Origin: Octopus sinensis
Lineage: Eukaryota
Direction: 5' to 3'
Assembly: GCF_006345805.1 (NCBI RefSeq)
Contig: NC_043014.1
Coordinates: 48,050,001 to 48,114,000 of the forward strand
DNA length: 64,000 nucleotides
The notes under the pieces were generated by a model. It made no database searches, was not told the origin of the DNA, and worked only from the letters and a program-made list of their open reading frames with translations. Shown in pieces: positions 13,900 through 25,704 of this stretch. The stretch's first letter is position 1. Each line of letters begins with the position of its first letter. The translations under genes were made by a program, and so were the position numbers.

Positions 13900-14417
13900 T
13901 ACAAAATTGACAAAACACCGATGTTTATCACTTCTGAATAGGATCTAATGCAAGTTATTTCACTTGTGCATGACTTTCAAGAGTTTTAATACCAAGCACA
14001 TGAGAATATATTCTTTTTACACCTAGAAGCGCAGCCTACCCACAAACTAGCAAAACACACTTTGTGTATGTGTGTTCAATATTGTTTACATCTCTCGAGG
14101 TGCTTTTAAATCATATTTGAATATTCACTTTGTCCATATATATATATAAATGGTAAGACAACAAAAGAATGAAAGAGACTTCGATATTATGTAAATAGAG
14201 GAATTTATCTGTAAACAATTATTCGGTAGCCATGATAAAACTCAGAGTTTCGGATGTCGGGGTGGAAATCCACACCGCTGTCTGCGTGAATTTCCACCCC
14301 AACATCCAAAACTTGGAGTTTTATCATGGCTACCGAATAATTGTCACATATTACATTTACAGATATATATATATCATATCCATGGTTTTAGCTTGACCAT
14401 TGCTGGAATATATATAT

Positions 14418-14468
<51 letters not shown>

Positions 14469-16348
14469 TTTATATATATACACACACACATATATATATT
14501 GGTGAATGAATAAGTGCATGCATGGATGTGTGGTTTAGAAGATTGCTTCTCAACCATGTGATTTTAGGTTCAGTCTCATTGTATGGCAATTTGGGCGTCT
14601 TCTGCTATAGCCCCAGGTTGAACAAAGCTGTGTGGGCAAATTTGATAGAGAGAAACAAACTCATGTCTTAACACCCCTCACTAATTGTAATCAACGACTT
14701 CGCTACCATACACACAATGATGTTTGTTTGCAGTTTTTCATGAAAACATAGGCGAAGCGGAAAATATTATCATGTGGATATGTCTCCTTGTTTTCCTATT
14801 ACACACTAACTGCAAAACAAGCTTTGCTATCACAAAAGTAGTGGCCTTCGTTTGCAATCTTCCACATAAATAAGTCATACAGCCATCGTAGTGTTTAAAA
14901 AGACCGGGGTGAGTATTATCTTGCTTGTAAACTGACGAGGATTGGCCACAGCAAGAGCATCCGATCATAGAAAATCTGCCATGACAAATTCCGTCAAACG
15001 CGATGATGACATATTCATATAAACGTGTGTGTATGTATGTATGTGTATATATATCGTTTTAGTGTGTACCATCATTATCATTGTCGTTTGAACGTCGGCT
15101 CAGACGAGATATGTTGAGGCAGATCTTCTACATCTTGTTGATCTGTTTCCAAGCAAGAGGATATTTCCCAAAACTCTTTGGACACGAACGGCACAATGGC
15201 CGGTAATGTTTTCGTGAAGGATTTCAAACGGATGATACCACTTGTACGACAGTGACTTTTGTTTACAATTAAAAGTGTGATGTTGAGACAAGGACGTAAC
15301 ACACATAATAGCATTCGTTCGGTTTCCCCTCAAGGCTTTTGTCAGCCCACAGCTAGAGTACAAAACACTTGCTCGACGCGGTCGCCGAGCAGTGTGAATG
15401 AACCCAAATCCGGGATTGCCAAAGGAATTTCTTTACTATACAGTTATTATTATTACTCAGATCTAGGTAATGGAACTCCAGAAAAAGACAACAAACTCCT
15501 GATACAATATTATTTATATTATAAGAATACATAAGTATACACACATTTGTATGAATACGTGTATTCTTATATAAATATCTGAGTGTGTGCGTGTGTATAT
15601 ATATATATATATATATATAGCCAGATAACCGAAGAGATGGTGTTGTGGATTCCCACTTCGGCATCTGAAACTCAGAGTTTTATCTTGACTATCGAGTAAT
15701 TGTAACATATTATTTTACAGATAAATTCCTCTATTTACATAATATTGAGGTCTCTTTCTTTCTTTTGTTATCTTACCGTTTTACCAATATATATATATAC
15801 ATACATATATATATATATATATAAGCATTGTGCTTGTATAGTACCAAATAAATATCGATATATAGATGGGGACAAACCTTCGTTGTTAAACACGTAGTCA
15901 TATGCATATAATAAAAGGCAAAGATAAATAATATCGAGACATAGAGATAGACATTTTTTTTGTTAAATAAAAAGGACATTGAAATAAAGCTGATCTAGGC
16001 AACTTCGTGCGTGGTTGCGAGAGGTGTGGACAGGAAAAACATATTTTGGATTGAATATATTTATCAACTGATACGAAATTTTGAAATTTTGTTTTTACAG
16101 AAATATACATGTCTTTTAAACGATTCGAAAGTGAAATTTTTTTTTTAAATACCTGTAGGATTTTCGAAGATATTTGATGGAAATTTGATCGAGAAATATC
16201 TGAATAAGTTATCAAACGTTGGCACATCGAGTGACAAGAGGTGAAATATAACGATAGGCTTTTTTTTTTTGTTTAGAGGAACTTACGAAGTTTTAGCTTT
16301 AAATAACAACCGTAGAAAGACAAGACATCATTCAGGTGCTGTACTTAC

Positions 16349-16351
16349 CAT
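16349..16351 (-). CDS. ARCN1: Coatomer subunit delta coding exon 1 (initiator ATG only)
   Basis: Minus strand has aaacaacaATG|GTAAGTAC, a strong donor directly after a good-context ATG. Phase 0 joins exon 2 to give MVLLAAAVC. Intron 897-16348. Confidence 0.8.
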
Positions 16352-16439
16352 TGTTGTTTATGAGGAGAAAACAATGACAACAAAGAGCCAGACAATTCCA
16401 GTATTCTGTGTCTTGGCTCAGATCTCAAGACATACAGTG

Positions 16440-16500
16440 CTATTATGGCGGAAGCCACGTCAATGAATTAAATACGAAGGTTCGGCGACGAAAAGGGGCT
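16440..16500 (-). promoter_or_regulatory. Putative ARCN1 core promoter / TSS region
   Basis: ATGGCGGAAG (YY1/ETS-like composite; CTTCCGCCAT on minus) and ACGTCA half-CRE about 100 nt upstream of the ATG exon, in a locally CpG-richer patch. Confidence 0.4.
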
Positions 16501-16909
16501 CTTTCGATATTTACGTTATATGATGAAATTTTTATTAAGCTGATGTTTTGTTTATAATACTTTAATATTAACTGTATGTTTGTATTGCGTCGAAGGGATG
16601 AATTGAAATTTACTTTTTGCTACGAAAACTACAACTGAGTCAGCATTTCGTTTCTTTTGTCTGTTTTTGTTATTTTTTACTCCAAGGGAGATAAATCGGG
16701 ATTACTGTCAACGTCGACAAAATTGTTGTCATTTCTGAGTCAGTTTTTAGTTAAGAAAAAAAAAAAAAAAATTCTTTTATTGGTCACAGGGGCTGACTAA
16801 ATAAAAACTACAGTAATTAAACGAATCATACTTTTAGCCACTAACTGGTAATACATTAGTCGTATACTATTATCAACACTATATGCAAGAGCAAATTTTA
16901 AAAAAATAA

Positions 16910-17372
16910 CCCATTGAGATCATTTCGGTTTGAACGGCAGTTTTTTAAAATATTTTCCACGTAACTAAACACTTTTAAACTTCGTATACTGGTAGAATGT
17001 ATTTATAAAACATCTTTTTCTCTTGGCTTTATTGAGAAAATTCTATAGTTTATAAGATATTTGTTGTTTTTTTTTTCTTCAATTTCTGCAATTTCAACCA
17101 ATCAGTGACGTCCATTGAAGTAAAAAACATTCTGTGCCGTATGAATATGTCCCTCGTTTAGGAAACAAATTGGGTTTATTTACATTTGTGAAGAAAAAAA
17201 AGATACCCTTCCCACACCCCCACCCCTAACCCTAACCCTAACCCTAAAACAGATTGAAATGCAATAGATCGATATTAGGGTCATAATTATGGGTGACAAT
17301 TTCATATGACACCGCTAGAAAAAACTGCTGTTCAAACCGAAACGATCCCATTAAAATACATTCAACCGATTT
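16910..17372. mobile_element. MITE with TIRs and an internal (CCCTAA)n tract; similar architecture at 59770-59995
   Basis: gatcatttcggtttgaacggcagtttttt / aaaaaactgctgttcaaaccgaaacgatc; cccacccctaaccctaaccctaacc inside. Confidence 0.6.
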
Positions 17373-20300
17373 AATGGAATGAGAAATTGTGTTAGTAAAA
17401 ATCGAATGAAACTTAGGGATGATACTTTCAAATTTTAAAGCAGGCACGAACTGAGCCGTCGGTCATTTGAGCACTGACCAAGAGCCCGGAGCTCTGGGGG
17501 ACCCCCACTCTACATGTTAACTCTGCTAAAACACATTCAAAGGGGCCCTGTAAACAGTTATGCAGGAGGGTCCTTAATACTCTCAGTTTGCCCCTGTATT
17601 AAAATATATATTAAAAAACGCTTCAATACAATATTCAGTTGTACACATTATAAAATTAAGAATATGGTATGCAAAAGGGAAATAATTTCATTGTTAGCAA
17701 GCTGAGACTGTTTATGCAAAGCATGACCATCCAGTAATCAGATGGTCTTTCTAGGGTATCAGTGGCCAATGGTTTGAAGTTCATTAATAGGGCATATCTT
17801 TTGTGCAACATTGCTGTAGATCAGTTTACCTGTTGATCGATTCTCCCAGTGAGCAGTTGGTGAACTTTCAGCTTAGTATATGGTGTCTGCTTGACTACAT
17901 GTTTGTGTCTTAGTAGTACATGATGATGGAAGCAATATTATCTAAGCATAAGTAGCTATCATTAATGTTATGTGCATTCATTGTGTGATCTTTTGATTTT
18001 AATAGCAATTCAAAATTTTTTGAGACAAAAATCACAGCTTCCACCTCAGTCATCGTCCAAAGTGGCCTATACATCTACATGTAACAATATTATTCGGTGA
18101 TCTTTTTAATTATTCTCTATTTTCTGTGTACTTTTGCATGTTTGCATGTTCAAATATGCAAATATTAGCCCTTGTGTCTGACTCTTTGGCTCTTATTGAC
18201 ACTCCTTCATCAATCACATCACAATAAAAAAGACAGATGCTTTCTTGGACTGAATTAAACTTAATTATATTTTAGATAGGAAAATAAAATTTCCTCATAA
18301 TAAATAATAATATTTGTTAGATAATGTAGTGCAAAAACGTCTGTTTATTTTTAGTGTTGAGTGGTAATATAGCACTGTTAATTGCTTTGATGTGTGGCTG
18401 TTGTGTTATTAGACCCTTTGTCATTTTTATATCTAAGCAAGATATATATTTTTTTTCTCTCTCTAGTTTCAGCTCAGAGCTGTGGCCATGCTGATGCACT
18501 GCGGTTTTTTTTCTTCTTTTACAGCAGGGTTTGCCCCCGCCCCTACCAGAGCCTCATGTAGCTTCTAGGTGCTTTCGCTCAATAATAAATCACAACGCCT
18601 GGTCTGGGAATCCTACGACTGCAAGTCCGCTGCCCTAACCACTGGGCCATTGCGCCTCCAGATATTATAAACAACTTGTTAATTCTTTGCTGCATATAAT
18701 GGATATATGACAGTTCATTAGAAAGCTCCTTTGTTGTGGCTGTGAAAGATGCTGAATATTCTTAGCATTTGAACATCTTTGTAAAGTTGTAGTGGAGGCA
18801 CATGGCTTAGTGGTTAGGGTGGTTAAGGTGTTGGATTCTTGATCATAAGTTTGTGGTTTTCATTCCTGGACCAGATGATGTGTTGTGTTCTTCACCAAAA
18901 CATTTCGTTTCATGCTGCTCCAGTCCACTCAGCTGGTAAATATGAGTAGTCCTATGGCGGACCAGTGTTTCATCCGGGGAGGAATACGAGTGCCAGAGAA
19001 ACTGTGAAACTGGCCCTATGTTCTCTGTGGAGTAATGTAGTCTAACTATAGACTCAATGGATTCTGACTGAACAGATTTGGATGAGGTAAGTATTCACAA
19101 GGGTGATGGTACTGTGAAAGAGACCAACAGACAAGTAGAAGAGAAACATTGTGGTCAGGAATGTAATTTGAAAAGACATCCTTCAGTTGATGCTTCTGGA
19201 ACAATTAAGGTCCAGAAAATTTAGGCCTGACAGACATTAGAAATAACCAAAACAATTAATCCCTCTTAATGTTTATTATAGCACAGAAAATTTTCACAAA
19301 CATTATTTGGCTCAATGGATGTTAAAACTGTTTCCTGAAATAAACATGAGCCTAATGGGCAAGATCAAGGCAAGGCACTAGAAACAACAGGCTTGATATT
19401 GACTCATACTCTTATCATCAGAGAGTAAATAATGGAGCTGCTGCCTCAAGATATATAATATTTACTTCATGATATTCAGAACAAGTTTCTTTTTGTCATA
19501 GCATTTAATAACAAAAGGAGAAATAACTCAAGCAAAGCATAAGTCAGGGTATTTTACATTAAAGTATGAATGACACAAAATCGTTTCTATCACTATTGTC
19601 TGCAAACGTTCATGTCTTCTTTGCTGTCTGGGGATAAATTCTGCTGTGAATTAAAACTGGCAAAGATGTTGTAATCTTCTTCATTGAATATGAAGCAAGT
19701 GAATCAATAACTAGCTGCAGTGATGATATTGTTGCTGACTGAAACAAACTGGACAATGAATGTATTTGGCATATGAAGAAAGCAATATTGAACTTATAAT
19801 GAGGGTCATCCTTCTCGAGCCATGCCTAGCTCATAAGGGTCGGTTTCCCGGTTTCCTTGGCATATAGGTTCTCCACCTGGACGGGACGCCGGTCCGTCGT
19901 AGGTGAGCTGCAAGATGCAGGAGGAAAGAGTGAAAGAAAGTTGTGGTGAAAGAGTCAGCAGAAGTTCGCCTTACCTTCTGCCAGAGCCGCGTGAAGCTTA
20001 GGTGTTTTGCTCATAAACACACACATTGCCCGGTCTGAAATTCGAACCCGCGATCCCTCGACCGTGAGTGTGCTGCTCTAACCACTAGGCCATGTGCCTC
20101 CACCAATAAGGGTCATCCAGTTGGTTTAGAAGAAGCAGCCAAAATGGTGTGGTACTGTGCAACAACATCTCAAGAATTGAAGGTTTATGGGGTTTTTGGA
20201 CACCAGCCAACAAGTACTGGTAGTCCTTCCACTTGATTTTTAATGTGGATTTTATCAGAGGTCTGATGCTGTTGTAATATCATGAAGAGCTTTCCCATCT

Positions 20301-20493
20301 GAACTCCAAAAATCACCATTTTTCTGCCTTTTGATTTTGAAGGCACATAGCCTAGTGGTTAGGATATGGTGCTCATAATCTTGCAATCATGATTTTGATT
20401 CTTGGACGGGGAGGGGGGATTGTGTTCTTGAGCAAACCACTTCATTTCATACAGTTCCATATTTAAGAGATGAGGCATTATGCGCATTATTTA

Positions 20494-20628
20494 CATTATT
20501 TACATTTGACGGATATTTGTCCTCATCTTGTTTGTTGTTAACACAATGGGCATATGGCGTAGTGGTTAAGAGCGCAGCCTATTAACCCAAAGATTCTGAG
20601 TTTGATTCCAAGTAGTGACCTGAACAAC

Positions 20629-20668
<40 letters not shown>

Positions 20669-20805
20669 TCGAAAAATACCTTAGGAATGAGAACCCAGGT
20701 TCAAAATTTCCCCCAAGACATCTGAAGAAGGCCGGAGGGTATATCAGCCAAAACGTGTTAACAACAAACAAGATGAGGACAAATATCCATCGAATGTAAA
20801 TAATG
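20494..20805 (+). mobile_element. Composite element: 51-bp terminal inverted repeats enclosing a tRNA-like head, (AAT)n and a hammerhead-like tail
   Basis: TIRs at 20494-20544 / 20755-20805 (2 mismatches). A box TGGCGTAGTGG, B-box-like AGTTTGATTCC, CTGAAGA at 20722. Confidence 0.65.
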
Positions 20806-21589
20806 CACTTCATTTCATGTTGTTCCAGTTCACCAAACTGTAAATAAGTTACCCCGTGATGGACACACCATAGAAACCAAATAACTGACCCTATGTGTCA
20901 GAACACAAAACAGTAATGCCCAAGGTCATGAATTCATGGTATAGACATATCAGCTGAACTTGGATGACCCAAAGACAGAGTACTGTAGGACAAAGAATCC
21001 GAACAAGTAGAGGTCATATGTATTACATTCAAATTCTGGCACAAAGCCAGCAAGTTTGGTGGAGGGGGTAAGTCGATTACATTGACCCCCGATGCTCAAC
21101 TGATACTTATTTGATCCATCCTGAAAAGATGAAAGGCAAAATCAATCCCAGCAGAATTTGAACAGATGACAGTTGAAATACCACTAAGCATTTTGCCCAG
21201 CGTGCTAATGGTTCTGCCAGCTCACTGCCTTGTGAAAGTCATATATATTGAACCTGCTGACTGAGTTACTTGGGGTTTTGAGGAGAAAGGCAAGTAGTTA
21301 CCCATGACACAAGTATTTGATTGGCACTTATTTTATGGCCCCTGAAAGGAGGAAAGGCTAACTTGACCTTGGAGAATAATAATAATAATAATAATAATAA
21401 GATTAATAAAATGACTCTAAGCATTTTGCCCAGCTTGCTAACAAATCTGCCAATTAGCCGCTTTAGTAGTACAAGTAATAATAATAATAATATTAATAAT
21501 GATAAGATGTAAGTATCAATCACATTTTTGTGTGAGTGCAGTTTACTAGCACAAAAAGAGTATAAACACAGATGTGTGTGTGTGTGTGT

Positions 21590-22110
21590 GTAGGAAAAAG
21601 AGTGCATTGGGATGTTAGCCAAGCATGTTGCTTCAAGACAACAGAAAAGTGGTATGAACTTGAACCAGAAGCTGTGATAGAAAATGAGAATTGCAAGTTG
21701 TTGTGGGATTTCCCCATAAAGACTGAAGCCAGGAGACTGGATATGATCATAGAGGACAACAAAATAAACGAACTGAATAAGATCATAGTTTTTGCAGTTC
21801 CCTATGGTAGCAGAGTCAATATCAATGAAATGAAAGAAAAATTGAGATATATCAGGATCTAGCCAGAGAGCTGAGGAGACTGCAGAATACCTGGACAACA
21901 ATTATGCCTGTAGTTATAGGTGCACTAGGTACAACACCCAAAATTCTACCAAAAAAAAAAATTGAAAGAAATTGGAATTGAAACCCACATTGTTGACCTG
22001 CAGAAAAGTTCCAACCTATCTTCTCCAAGAGTCCTGAAGAAGATTCTTGGGATTTGAGGAAACTTGTCACCAAACCTCAAGATAAAATACCTGCTAACTA
22101 AATTAGCATG
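21590..22110 (+). mobile_element. Decayed R4/Dong-like non-LTR retrotransposon 3' end (restriction-like endonuclease region) followed by (AAT)n
   Basis: VHWDVSQ...WYELEPEAVIENENCKLLWDFPIKTEARRLDMII...FAVPYGSRV, then a frameshift to DLARELRRLQNTWTTIMPVVIGALGTTPK. Runs into an AAT tract at 22110-22260. Confidence 0.75.
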
Positions 22111-22117
22111 CACCAGC

Positions 22118-22164
<47 letters not shown>

Positions 22165-22185
22165 TAATAATAATAATAATAATAA

Positions 22186-22235
<50 letters not shown>

Positions 22236-22739
22236 TAATAATAATAATAATGATAATAATTTTTGGCATAAGCCCTGCAATTTTGAGGGAGCGGGTAAGT
22301 GGATTATATTGACCCTAATACTTGACTGGTACATATTTTATCGACCCCCAAAAGGATAAAAGGCAAAGTAGACCTCAGCAAGATTTGAACTCAGAACCGT
22401 AACTATATCCCGCAAGGCATTTTTTTCCGACGCTCAAACGATTCAGCTAATCCCCATTTCCAATATGGGCTCAAGGCCAGGAAAATTTGGGAAGAAAATG
22501 TATAATCGATTATATCGATTCTGTTACATGACTGGTTAATAATTTTATCGACCCAGGATGGATGACAGAAAACGGCACCCCTCGTCGTGATTCGAACTCA
22601 GAACGTAAAGGAACGCGACTGAATACTGCAAATCATTATCGTCCGACCCTCTACCAATTCTACCATCCACTCCCCTCAATAAAAATAATGATTGCCACAA
22701 AGCAATCAGTTGCACCGTTGCTGCTGGTGGTGGTGAAGG

Positions 22740-22835
22740 TGTGACTAGTTTGTTTATATTCGCGTTAGTTTACAAGTTGGACGGAATATTTAACGAATGC
22801 CTCAAACCGTTCAACTGTTACACGTCATGAGCAAG
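22740..22835 (+). promoter_or_regulatory. Putative TBC1D23 promoter / 5' UTR
   Basis: CpG-richer island (about 22740-23100) with CACGTCA and the YY1-like AAGATGGCG motif overlapping the start codon. Confidence 0.4.
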
Positions 22836-22867
22836 ATGGCGCAGGCTGCCGAACAATTGCCGAGCTG
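22836..22867 (+). CDS. TBC1D23: TBC1 domain family member 23, coding exon 1 (MAQAAEQLPS-W); an in-frame upstream ATG at 22827 would add MSK
   Basis: aagATGGCGCAGGCTGCCGAACAATTGCCGAGCTG|gtaggt. The phase-2 TG joins the G at 44823 to make W, in frame with exon 2. Intron 1 is 22868-44822. Confidence 0.75.
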
Positions 22868-23221
22868 GTAGGTTTCACTTAAGCATTTCGTTTTTAAAAC
22901 TGCTTTCTCTCTCTTTATCTCGTCGATGTTTGGCCATATCGAAGGGGTTATGCATCGGGGGACATATCGGTGTTGTCGGGCTCTCGTATTTACACCTGTC
23001 TCTGTGCGAGTTTCGTCGATGTGTTTACTGGAGGAACGACGAAATTTCACCTCCGTTTCTCGCTGACAAATGTCACTGGCCATGTTTTATGGAAACAGGC
23101 TTCGAAAGGAGGATAAAATATTATTATCTGCTGCTAAAAACAGCCCAGACTGTAGCTGACAGAAGACAGAATACAAAGGCATTCGACATTAATTTCCTTC
23201 TGGGTTAAGCGAAGGGAACCC

Positions 23222-23333
23222 TTAACGAAATTGTACATTTCTATTTGGTGGTGGTCACCACTTGGAGCGATTCTCCGTCACTACATGTGTTCATATAAAA
23301 TAGTATATATCCATAAACAGACGAACGGTCATC

Positions 23334-23368
<35 letters not shown>

Positions 23369-23507
23369 AATATATATGTATATGTACCCTTAACGAAACT
23401 GTACATTTCTATTTGGTGGTGGTCACCACTTGGAGCGATTCTCTATCACTACATGTGTTCATATAAATAGTATATATTTCACAAATAGACAAACGGTCAT
23501 CGTATGC

Positions 23508-23530
<23 letters not shown>
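23222..23530. repeat. Tandem duplication of a unit of about 125 bp, each copy followed by (TA)n
   Basis: cccttaacgaaa(t/c)tgtacatttctatttggtggtggtcaccacttggagcgattctc... at about 23219 and 23387. Confidence 0.85.
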
Positions 23531-23550
<20 letters not shown>

Positions 23551-23799
23551 CACACATACGCATTGTACTTTGAGTTATGGTGGAGTGAGAAATGAAAAAT
23601 ACAGTGTCATGCTAAATGTTTTTTTAATGCATATTTCATAAATATATAGACACGGTTGAGCAGTAAATGGTGTATATGTGTCTGATGTATACAATATATT
23701 CACACACACACGCAGAGTAGTAAGTGTGAAATAGACGTATATTGTACAAAAAATGTGACAGTGAACGGCGCATATTCATACTCAACACATATATCTGTC

Positions 23800-23840
23800 T
23801 TTCTATCTGCAGCCAAGTAATATAATATAATATATATATA

Positions 23841-23906
<66 letters not shown>

Positions 23907-24944
23907 GAAATAGAGCAGTAAATGTTAGAGATGTACAGAAATTGAACGATTGAATGGCGCATATTTATACATACGTGTGTGTATATATATATATATTTAT
24001 ACACACACACATACGCATATGTGTGTATATGTATGTATGTATGTATATACGTGCATGCATACTCTGGTTATTGACATCAAAGTCAACGACACACGGACAC
24101 AATATGCATAGACACTAACATGCAAAGATAATACATTGTCACATAGGTGTATACTTATCCTGAGTCTGTGTGTGTGTATATACATATATATATATATATC
24201 TACGCATACATGAGCACGAATAAATTTCGTAGGCATTCACATTATTATACTACATATAGAGTTATATAATAATATAATATATAATCTGTTTAATATTAAA
24301 TGTATTTGGGGGTGGGACATTCCAACTGCGTGTACGCGCGCATATATATACCTGTATATATATGTATGTATATATAGATATATAATATGGTGATGCTGTT
24401 GGTGGAGATTATTATGACTAACGTATGTCTAGTTATTCATTCAGCGTTGATGAGGATGGTATTTTCCTCTGGGTGGGGCGGCAAGCTGTAGTCGCACCGA
24501 TAGCTCTTTCCACACACACACACACACGCCTACATACGTAAACAGTCACACTAATACACAGATGTCTGTGTCGTATATCTCCGCAGCCAGCGCCACCCCC
24601 TACGCAATATATCCACTCTACTGCTATTACAATGGTTGATTGTTGCTTCACTTACTGATCCTATCCTCTCTCTTTCTCTCTCTCAGTCCAGATGTGTGTG
24701 TGTGTGTGTATGTGTTTTATATATGTATATATATATATATATAGCGCCAGGAATGGGGGGAACAGAGAAATGTCCAATATTGAAAGTAGAGCAGAGTTAG
24801 ATTTATTATGACCAGAAACTTCAGAAATTGTTACTCCGAGTTTCCAGTCATTGGACGATTATGAAAAGTGAAGCATAAAAATGGCTTGTGAGGGTGTGAG
24901 TGGCTTATCTCTCTCTCTCTCTTTCCCTCTCTCTATCTCATATA

Positions 24945-25001
<57 letters not shown>

Positions 25002-25098
25002 CCCACACATCTATATGAAAGGCACGTGCACGTGTGTGTGTGTGTGTGTACATACATATATATATATATTATATATATATATGAAGAAATAATATGTG

Positions 25099-25137
<39 letters not shown>

Positions 25138-25150
25138 GAAATAATATGTG

Positions 25151-25189
<39 letters not shown>

Positions 25190-25586
25190 GAAATAATATG
25201 TGATATGTAAATAAATATATATTTTTACAACCATCCAGCATTCTGAACACCTTTTTTCTTTCATATGTATTAAATCTGTACATCACCCCCAATACTTCTA
25301 ACATATATATATACCTATTATCAAAGCCATGACCATCCTTCTTGTATATCTAGGGTCATGTTATATATGTGCTTCCCGCTTTAAGATGGTTGGGTTTTGA
25401 TTTAATGGACTTTGGTTGCTATTTCCAAAAAGTCAAGTGAACTCTGAGAGACTTCATCATTGACTCATGTCTGTGTAATTGGCGGTGTTCTTGTGTGTGC
25501 GTGAGTGTGCCTGATGCTTTCTCTATCTGGTGTCTTGTGTATGTATGTCTGTGCATGTGTATGTACATTTACATACATATATATAC

Positions 25587-25647
<61 letters not shown>

Positions 25648-25672
25648 CGTACAGACACACACACACACACAC

Positions 25673-25704
<32 letters not shown>

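Noticed and set aside
15060-15420. CpG-rich segment as a nested gene or snoRNA in ARCN1 intron 1
   Set aside because: The minus strand resembles an old diverged family B-type SINE (gggttca...gagcaagtgttttgtactctagc...aaagccttg). No convincing C/D or H/ACA boxes with stems, and no splice-compatible exon.
17224-17247. Telomere or interstitial telomeric fusion site
   Set aside because: Only about four CCCTAA units, internal to a MITE; the same motif recurs in the MITE at 59870.
20548-20625. tRNA gene (also other A/B-box heads at 10400-10470, 27208-27280, 35925-35990)
   Set aside because: A/B boxes are present, but no full cloverleaf or acceptor stem, and each continues into a repeat body. These are SINE heads.
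22930-23208. ORFs at 22930-23208 (+) and 22811-23083 (-) as the TBC1D23 start or a separate gene
   Set aside because: No similarity to known proteins. The ATG at 22836 with its phase-2 donor joins exon 2 correctly, placing these ORFs in intron 1 or antisense to exon 1.
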